DNA of 59,488 bases, from IMG/VR virus record IMGVR_UViG_3300027849_000014, positions 1-59,488 of that record. One strand, 5' to 3'. The translations under genes were made by a program, and so were the position numbers. Below the pieces are notes generated by a model. It was not told the origin of the DNA. It ran no database searches and saw nothing but the letters and a program-made list of their open reading frames with translations. Origin of the DNA: a virus. Its lineage: Duplodnaviria; Caudoviricetes. Shown here in pieces: positions 53,844-59,488 of this stretch (its first letter is position 1; every line of letters begins with the position of its first letter).

Positions 53844-56800
53844 TTAAGCATAAAGCGTAACGCTTGTCATAGCCCCATCGTTTCCAACCAACTGTCCATC
53901 TGCTAATACTCCTGCTGGAGTATATGTTCTAAATAAAAACTCTTTATACTCTTGTAATACTCCTCCTATAGTTTGACTTCCTAGTGTGTAACTGTAAACC
54001 CTAGCTACACTATCCCCAAACTGCAATGCTAGTTTGTTTCTATCTGTAGGTACGGTTGCAGGGGTGTAAGTTACTTTGATTCTAAACTCTCCAGTTCCAT
54101 TCTTTGAAAATTGCAGCTCTCTAAATGTAGTCGGAGTACTTACTGAGTCTCCTACAAACAATGTTGAAGATTGTGTTGTTGCAATTGCTGGAGCACCTGA
54201 TGGAAATAATTCAGTTAGCTGACCTACCCATGATAAAGGCTGACTTGCGTCAGTTTCTATAACCTGACCCTGTGCTGTAACTCCTAATGTTTTAGCTACC
54301 GTTCCTGTAACAGTTCCACTTCCGTAAGAAGGTAAAGAAACAATTCCTGCTTTAGTTATCTCTAATGCGTTAGACTCATTTCCTGCTGTCGCTCCATTAC
54401 CTATAACATAAAGCATATCTGTTGCAACCCACGCGTCTACACTTCCAGGAGTTCCTACTAAGTTGAATGAACCTAAAACAGTTTCACGATAAGATGTAGA
54501 CTCTAGGCTTGTACCTACTGCAAGGCCTTGTTCACCAGCAACCCTACTACCGCTTCCTATTGCCATCCCTTTTGGTGCTGTTAAAAACACTGTGTTTTCA
54601 GAACCAATACTAAATCCTTGTGGAGCATTAACTTGATTCTCGTCCCCCCATGCGTTTGATTTAGTTGCTGTAGTTTCGTTTCCAGTTCCTAAAGATATTG
54701 AATAAGAACCTGATGCTGTATTGTCTTCTGCTCCAAGAGCTATTGAAAAGTTTCCAGATGCTTCATTGTCAGTTCCAAGTGCAAACGAGGAAGTTCCTGA
54801 TGAAACATTGGAGCCACCTATAGCTACAGCATCATCCCCTGATGCTGTTGAGTTTATACCCAAAGCAACACAACCTACTGATAATGAGCTGTTTCCTTCT
54901 CCAACTGCAAATGAGCGTTTCCCTTGAGTCAATGCACCTGCCATAGCTACTGACTCTTGACCTTCTGCTCTTGAAAGAGGATTAACGGCAAAGGCTCCTC
55001 TTTCTACTGCTATACCTGATGACAATGCTGTTGAGTTTTCTCCTATTGCAATACTTTCATTTCCTAGAGCACTAGAGTACTTAGCTCTTGCGTTAGCTTT
55101 ATATCCTGCCGCAAAACCATATCCTTGGTCTTGGCTGGGAGTGATAATAATTCCTATATGAGTTCCAACAGCAACTGTGAAAACACTATCACCTACTATC
55201 TCCCAAATATTAGTAGAAGTTTCTATAGCTGAAAGAACTACAATTGGAGTTAAAGGATATTCAGTCAGAGAAGGTATAAATATTTCGTCACCTGCGGCTA
55301 TTGTTCCGTCAAGTATGGTTGCTTCAACTGAGCTTGTGGTTGGTTGACTTATAACTGTTGCAAGCACCGCACCTGAAACTGATTTTCCAAGCGCAACATC
55401 AGCATCCCAAGCTGCGAAAGATTCATCATTGGCGGCAAACGAAGCCTTACCATAAGAAAGAGTCTTGTTTCCTAAAGATACACTGCCTTCTCCATAAGAA
55501 TAAGCGGCTGCCCCAATGGCTATTGAACTATTACCCTCTGCTTTACTGTCACTACCTACTGCAAAAGAAGTTGCGGCATAAGCATCAGAGCCGTTTCCCA
55601 TCGCTACAGACGAACCGCCTGAAGCTTTAGAGCTTTTACCTACTGCAAATGACCACGCGCCAGATGCGGTAGTGTCTCCACCAAGGGCTACAGCAGCATC
55701 TGCAGAAGCCTCTGTGCTTAATCCTATAGATACAGCACCTTCAGCTGAAGAAATTGTATTAGTTCCTATAGCTATAGACCCTATGCCTGTCGCCAATGAG
55801 TCCTTACCTATAGCTATTGCGTACTGCTCACCAGTCTCTGCTCCGAAACCTACTGCAAAAGAAGCTGCCCCTTGCGATTTAGCCTGCTCCATCAAAGCAA
55901 TAGATGACTCGCTTGAAGCAACAGCTGATGAACCTAATGCAAATGAATAATCTGCTTTAGCCTCTGCTCCTCTTCCAACTGCAAATGAAAAATCTCCATC
56001 CGCTTTACTATCTTGTCCAAAAGAATTAGCTCCCTCTCCATCTGCCTCTCCACTTCCAGTGGTGTCATTGAATATTAAAGAGTTTACTCCTAGTCCATTT
56101 TTTATTTTTGAATCACCTAGTTCATTTGGGCTTGTCCATATTGCAACAGTGCCAGCTGTTCCACTACCTGTAAGAACAGATGAGTTGTCAATCTTATCCC
56201 AGAATACGTTACCTAATAAATCTTCAGATATAATTGCCCAGTCACCAATTTCCCAGTCTGTAATTGTTCCCCCTCCTTGAGTAGGAAGTGGTGTCGTACC
56301 AGCTGTAGAAACTATCCAGTAGTATCCAGTGTTCGCAGGTGAGATTGCAATAAGGGTTAAAGAAGGGAAGTTTGTACTAGCGTTCCAGCCTCCTTGGAAT
56401 TCTAATCCTGAGCCTTGATAGTTCTCCCATCGTACTGTTCCATCAGTTTGTGAAACTAATACCTGCTCTCCGCTACCTACGTTACCTGCTCCATCAGCAA
56501 CCTGACCAAGTAGTACCGCTTCTCCTGAGCTGGTAAATTTTCCTTGTACAGTTAAATATGTTTCCATCATGACCCCGTCTATAAATAAAGACGTGCCTGT
56601 AACTCCAAGTTTACCTCCAACCGAAATATCTTCTGCAACAGTTAAAGAGCCTAAACCAAAACCGTTGTTTAGCGTTACCGTGTTTCCTGCAAAGTCTTGA
56701 AACAGCAGTGAATTAACCAATGTGTTTTGAGTACTAAACATTGCAATTCTAAATGCGTCTCCATCTAAAATTGTTTCTGCAGTAAAATTAGCAATGTCAC

Positions 56801-56924
56801 CTAGCGTAAAAGTTTTTGTCTGCTTTGGAACAGGACTCGAACTTGATGAGGTTCCAATTAAATAGTCTCCACTTTCTATTGGAGATTGATTAGGGTACGA
56901 TAAGGTGTTACTAATTTTAGCCAT
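53844..56924 (-). CDS. Tail fibre with YadA-like head repeats
   Basis: Dozens of ~14-residue (S/A)xA(I/V/L)G repeats; FQGGWNASTN motif; MAKIS N-terminus. Confidence 0.85.
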   Translation of the reverse strand: MAKISNTLSYPNQSPIESGDYLIGTSSSSSPVPKQTKTFTLGDIANFTAETILDGDAFRIAMFSTQNTLVNSLLFQDFAGNTVTLNNGFGLGSLTVAEDISVGGKLGVTGTSLFIDGVMMETYLTVQGKFTSSGEAVLLGQVADGAGNVGSGEQVLVSQTDGTVRWENYQGSGLEFQGGWNASTNFPSLTLIAISPANTGYYWIVSTAGTTPLPTQGGGTITDWEIGDWAIISEDLLGNVFWDKIDNSSVLTGSGTAGTVAIWTSPNELGDSKIKNGLGVNSLIFNDTTGSGEADGEGANSFGQDSKADGDFSFAVGRGAEAKADYSFALGSSAVASSESSIALMEQAKSQGAASFAVGFGAETGEQYAIAIGKDSLATGIGSIAIGTNTISSAEGAVSIGLSTEASADAAVALGGDTTASGAWSFAVGKSSKASGGSSVAMGNGSDAYAATSFAVGSDSKAEGNSSIAIGAAAYSYGEGSVSLGNKTLSYGKASFAANDESFAAWDADVALGKSVSGAVLATVISQPTTSSVEATILDGTIAAGDEIFIPSLTEYPLTPIVVLSAIETSTNIWEIVGDSVFTVAVGTHIGIIITPSQDQGYGFAAGYKANARAKYSSALGNESIAIGENSTALSSGIAVERGAFAVNPLSRAEGQESVAMAGALTQGKRSFAVGEGNSSLSVGCVALGINSTASGDDAVAIGGSNVSSGTSSFALGTDNEASGNFSIALGAEDNTASGSYSISLGTGNETTATKSNAWGDENQVNAPQGFSIGSENTVFLTAPKGMAIGSGSRVAGEQGLAVGTSLESTSYRETVLGSFNLVGTPGSVDAWVATDMLYVIGNGATAGNESNALEITKAGIVSLPSYGSGTVTGTVAKTLGVTAQGQVIETDASQPLSWVGQLTELFPSGAPAIATTQSSTLFVGDSVSTPTTFRELQFSKNGTGEFRIKVTYTPATVPTDRNKLALQFGDSVARVYSYTLGSQTIGGVLQEYKEFLFRTYTPAGVLADGQLVGNDGAMTSVTLYA

Positions 56925-56927
56925 TGT

Positions 56928-57164
56928 TTATTCTTTTTTTTCGGTGACCTCTCCTGTCTGTAAATTAATCACAGATTGGTCTCCGTATTTTTTTATTAGC
57001 TCCTGTTCAAGCTGCACAAACTTACTCTTAATTGATTTTATGTTTGTGATAATACCTTCCTTTTGAATCTCTAATTCTCCAACAGATATTTTAGCTTTCG
57101 TAAAAGCACTTTGTAAATCTTGTAAATTATTTAATTCCTCTTGCGTTAGTTTTTTGCTTTCCAT
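56928..57164 (-). CDS. Small coiled-coil protein, possible fibre chaperone
   Basis: KLTQEEL...KKYG...INLQTGE; immediately upstream of the fibre gene. Confidence 0.55.
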   Translation of the reverse strand: MESKKLTQEELNNLQDLQSAFTKAKISVGELEIQKEGIITNIKSIKSKFVQLEQELIKKYGDQSVINLQTGEVTEKKE

Positions 57165-57192
57165 TTTATTGAATTTAATTTTAATATTTATA

Positions 57193-57200
57193 CAAAGATA
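57193..57200 (-). promoter_or_regulatory. -7 box TATCTTTG
   Basis: Intergenic TAnnTTTG upstream of 57164. Confidence 0.7.
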
Positions 57201-57204
57201 CTAT

Positions 57205-57600
57205 TTATTTTTTTGTGATTTTTATTTTGTCTGCTATCTTCTCAGCACTTCTACCCACAACGTATCCTCCTATACCTATTTGTAGCAGGGTCCAAAACTC
57301 TCCTTCCAATATTGGTATTGGCCATCCAAACAAAGGGGCAGCAAACTTATTGTATATAACAATAAATCCAAAAGACAACATAAGCATTGGCCTCCAACTT
57401 CTTTGCAGCCAGTTTCCTTTAGCTTCAGCTAAGATAATATCAGTTTGCATTTTCTGTAGCTCCAATTGTTTTTGAATAAGAATTTGCTTAATTACATTCT
57501 CTGCTTTTATTTTTTCTTCTTTAGATGTAAACAATTCATCTAGCCCTCCTAGTAGGTCTTTTATTAAAGTTCCACCAAACCAGTCTATTATTTTTTTCAT
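57205..57600 (-). CDS. Holin (3TM, GTA-type family)
   Basis: WLQRSWRP, hydrophobic helices, GGYVVGRSAEK; overlaps the endolysin. Confidence 0.8.
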   Translation of the reverse strand: MKKIIDWFGGTLIKDLLGGLDELFTSKEEKIKAENVIKQILIQKQLELQKMQTDIILAEAKGNWLQRSWRPMLMLSFGFIVIYNKFAAPLFGWPIPILEGEFWTLLQIGIGGYVVGRSAEKIADKIKITKK

Positions 57601-58007
57601 AACTTTTTATATTCATTAGTTGCATCAAAGCTTGGACAAGCCTTGTTTGAGAAATCTCTATGGCCATGTATAATGGCTTCGGGGAAAATATTTTTAAGCA
57701 ATAACAGTAATACTAAAAATGAAGATTTTTGTTCTGTTGTTCTGTTATCTTCAGGGCACATGTCTGCGTCAACTCCTCCAGCATAGCATATTCCTATAGA
57801 AGTTTTGTTGTAGCCTTTTGTGTGTGCGCCAGATTTTTCTAATGGTCTTCCTATTTCTATCTGACCATCTCTTTTAATAAAAAAATGGTAGCCAATACCT
57901 GACCACCCATTCTCTAAATGCCATTCATTTACTCGTTCTGCATCTACATCCATGTGAGGTGGAGTTGCTGAGCAATGAATAATTATTTTATTTATTTTTC
58001 TTTTCAT
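57597..58007 (-). CDS. N-acetylmuramoyl-L-alanine amidase (T7 lysozyme-like endolysin)
   Basis: IIIHCSAT, IGYHF, GAH, SIGICYAGG and GHRD...KACPSFD zinc amidase motifs. Confidence 0.93.
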   Translation of the reverse strand: MKRKINKIIIHCSATPPHMDVDAERVNEWHLENGWSGIGYHFFIKRDGQIEIGRPLEKSGAHTKGYNKTSIGICYAGGVDADMCPEDNRTTEQKSSFLVLLLLLKNIFPEAIIHGHRDFSNKACPSFDATNEYKKL

Positions 58008-58149
58008 TATAATTAATCCATATTCTTTGAGCCGTATACACGATAGAACCTGTTAATAGAATTAATTTTAAAACCATTTCAACGTGTGTGAAAGACACCA
58101 CTAAGCTCAATGAGTTGAGCGTATAAATTTTTATATCCTGCAAGGTCAT
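57988..58149 (-). CDS. Small membrane protein (53 aa), possible second holin/antiholin
   Basis: Hand-translated MTLQDIKIYTLNSLSLVVSFTHVEMVLKLILLTGSIVYTAQRIWINYNEKKNK; hydrophobic with a basic tail. Confidence 0.7.
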   Translation of the reverse strand: MTLQDIKIYTLNSLSLVVSFTHVEMVLKLILLTGSIVYTAQRIWINYNEKKNK

Positions 58150-58220
58150 TATTCTTTTATAAGTGTATACTCTACATTAAGGTCTAACATCATACTGTTT
58201 GTTTGATTACTCTCTACCAT
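58149..58220 (-). CDS. Micro-ORF (23 aa)
   Basis: MVESNQTNSMMLDLNVEYTLIKE; overlaps the upstream stop and is TAATG-coupled downstream. Confidence 0.4.
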   Translation of the reverse strand: MVESNQTNSMMLDLNVEYTLIKE

Positions 58221-58477
58221 AATGCGCGTATTTCTCCAGCTGTTGTTCCTGTATCGTAAACTTGAATTACGTTTACAGGAAAAAATTGTCCTGCATAGCA
58301 CCCAACAAATATTATATCATCACCTCCAGCAGTTTGAACTCTTACATTTCCTGGAAGCCCTATATATAAAGCGCAACCATTATTTATTCCCTCTGGGTTA
58401 GACAGGCTAGGAATCAAAGTGGTATCACTTGGGGTTACCACAGCAGCTCTGTTAGCTGTTAATTTTGTATATGCCAT
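58214..58477 (-). CDS. Putative capsid spike-base protein (RcGTA Rcc01079-like)
   Basis: VTPSD...LYIG..GNV...G.FFPV.V..V..TGTTA..I.AL pattern. Confidence 0.6.
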   Translation of the reverse strand: MAYTKLTANRAAVVTPSDTTLIPSLSNPEGINNGCALYIGLPGNVRVQTAGGDDIIFVGCYAGQFFPVNVIQVYDTGTTAGEIRALW

Positions 58478-58496
58478 TTTTTGTTTTTTTTATAAT

Positions 58497-58910
58497 TTAT
58501 GATTCTTTAGGAGGAAATCTTTTTTGTAGTCTTTCAAGAAGAGATGCTCTTTTTTCTGCCATTGCCAATTGCTTTTCTTCTTTATTCTTAGGTATATTGC
58601 CTTTAAATGGAAGCGGCACAGGTGTTCCCTTTGGAGGTACTCTGCCTGCAAATCTAGAAGTCTTTGATGCATAAGCCAAATTGCCTGGCTCTTCTTTAAC
58701 GTCAATTATAATCTCTGAATACTCTAAATCTTTTGTTGCATCAGCCACAGGAAATTCATCTTTGATTACTGTTCCTCTTTTTACATCTCCTTCCAACACT
58801 ACTTCTGCCTCTGCTTCCCCTTCATATTTATATTCTACTTTGTAGGTTGCCTCTATTGGTCTAAGTAATGTTTCTTTTTCGTCTGTTACTTTTATTAGTG
58901 TATCTTCCAT
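58497..58910 (-). CDS. Hypothetical protein
   Basis: ORF track. Confidence 0.65.
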   Translation of the reverse strand: MEDTLIKVTDEKETLLRPIEATYKVEYKYEGEAEAEVVLEGDVKRGTVIKDEFPVADATKDLEYSEIIIDVKEEPGNLAYASKTSRFAGRVPPKGTPVPLPFKGNIPKNKEEKQLAMAEKRASLLERLQKRFPPKES

Positions 58911-58914
58911 TTTT

Positions 58915-59488
58915 TTAAGCTATTGTAAATTCTACAGTTGTATTTTTTTGAGCAATAAAATCCATATCAACATAAACATCACATTCAAAATTTGCAGCAT
59001 CTGCTGCTACGATGAACATTGCATTAAACTCTATTGGGAATGTTGGGATATTTTCTTGGTTAATATAAAACAATCCTAAATTTGGTCTTGCTATATCAGT
59101 TGAATCATCAACCATAGCTCCAAAGTTTAGGGGATTATTTGTATATCCTCCAAATCCATTGAAGTCTACAGCCTCAATATTGGAACGATTACTTGTAAAA
59201 AATATATTACCTGCTCCAACCTCAATAGAGCCTATAGCAACAACATGAGTTGTGGCTTCAGGAGTTAAGGATGCAATACATTTTAAATTGTAAGAATCAT
59301 ATTCTATACCGCCTACATTAATCGTAGTAGCTAATTTACTTATTCCTGCAAATTGCCCTTGAGCACCTTTTTCCAGAACAGTAGCTCCTGTAACTCCACT
59401 CATTATTTCTTCGTATGTATATATCTGCCTTTGACTATTTGTTACTTGTGAGCCTCTTTCAGTTAAGTCTACTGACGGATTAAATCCT
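58915..59488 (-). CDS. Hypothetical (probably virion) protein; true start at 496 across the junction
   Basis: The frame stays open to the window end and continues through the overlap. Confidence 0.78.
   Translation of the reverse strand, partial: GFNPSVDLTERGSQVTNSQRQIYTYEEIMSGVTGATVLEKGAQGQFAGISKLATTINVGGIEYDSYNLKCIASLTPEATTHVVAIGSIEVGAGNIFFTSNRSNIEAVDFNGFGGYTNNPLNFGAMVDDSTDIARPNLGLFYINQENIPTFPIEFNAMFIVAADAANFECDVYVDMDFIAQKNTTVEFTIA
59022..59488. repeat. Terminal overlap, right copy
   Basis: Matches 1-467 with 12 substitutions. Confidence 0.95.

Noticed and set aside
23221-56280. Numerous short + strand ORFs opposite the structural genes (and - strand ORFs opposite early genes, plus 2390..2638 and 5848..6042)
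   Set aside because: Antisense shadows of real genes, Ser/Leu/Phe-rich, with no promoters or start context.

Overview
An apparently complete, circularly permuted ~59 kb genome of a lytic, podovirus-like phage of a Bacteroidota (probably Flavobacteriia) host. Host evidence is TAnnTTTG -7 promoter boxes and A-rich, SD-less start contexts. The ends overlap by 467 bp (1-467 vs 59022-59488, 12 mismatches). Layout: small genes plus a SET-domain gene and a groEL-ZnF-groES operon (1-6.1 kb); a divergent control region (5.6-6.9 kb); a + strand early region of small unknown genes (6.9-13.1 kb); recombination/replication genes (Sak3-like annealase, RecE-like exonuclease, SSB-like, primase-helicase, SF2 helicase, VRR-NUC, metallophosphoesterase, two DnaA-domain-IV-like proteins; no DNA polymerase seen; 13.1-23 kb); and a - strand virion/lysis arm (terminase, portal, scaffold, capsid, ring and nozzle proteins, ejection proteins including a 3448-aa giant, YadA-repeat tail fibre, holin, amidase; 23-59.5 kb). 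The most notable signal is non-coding. The early transcript is punctuated between genes by two covarying type I hammerhead ribozymes (7729-7781, 9357-9409) and three homologous anticodon-less 'mini-tRNA' three-way junctions (6868-6911, 7324-7366, 8588-8632). Two of the mini-tRNAs sit directly behind larger unclassified structured RNAs (6700-6860, 8500-8583). This suggests an RNA-encoded transcript-processing, and possibly circularisation, system. There are also two homologous iteron/palindrome origin-like modules and six copies of a 25-bp palindromic operator. All protein calls are from motif recognition by eye; no database searches were run.
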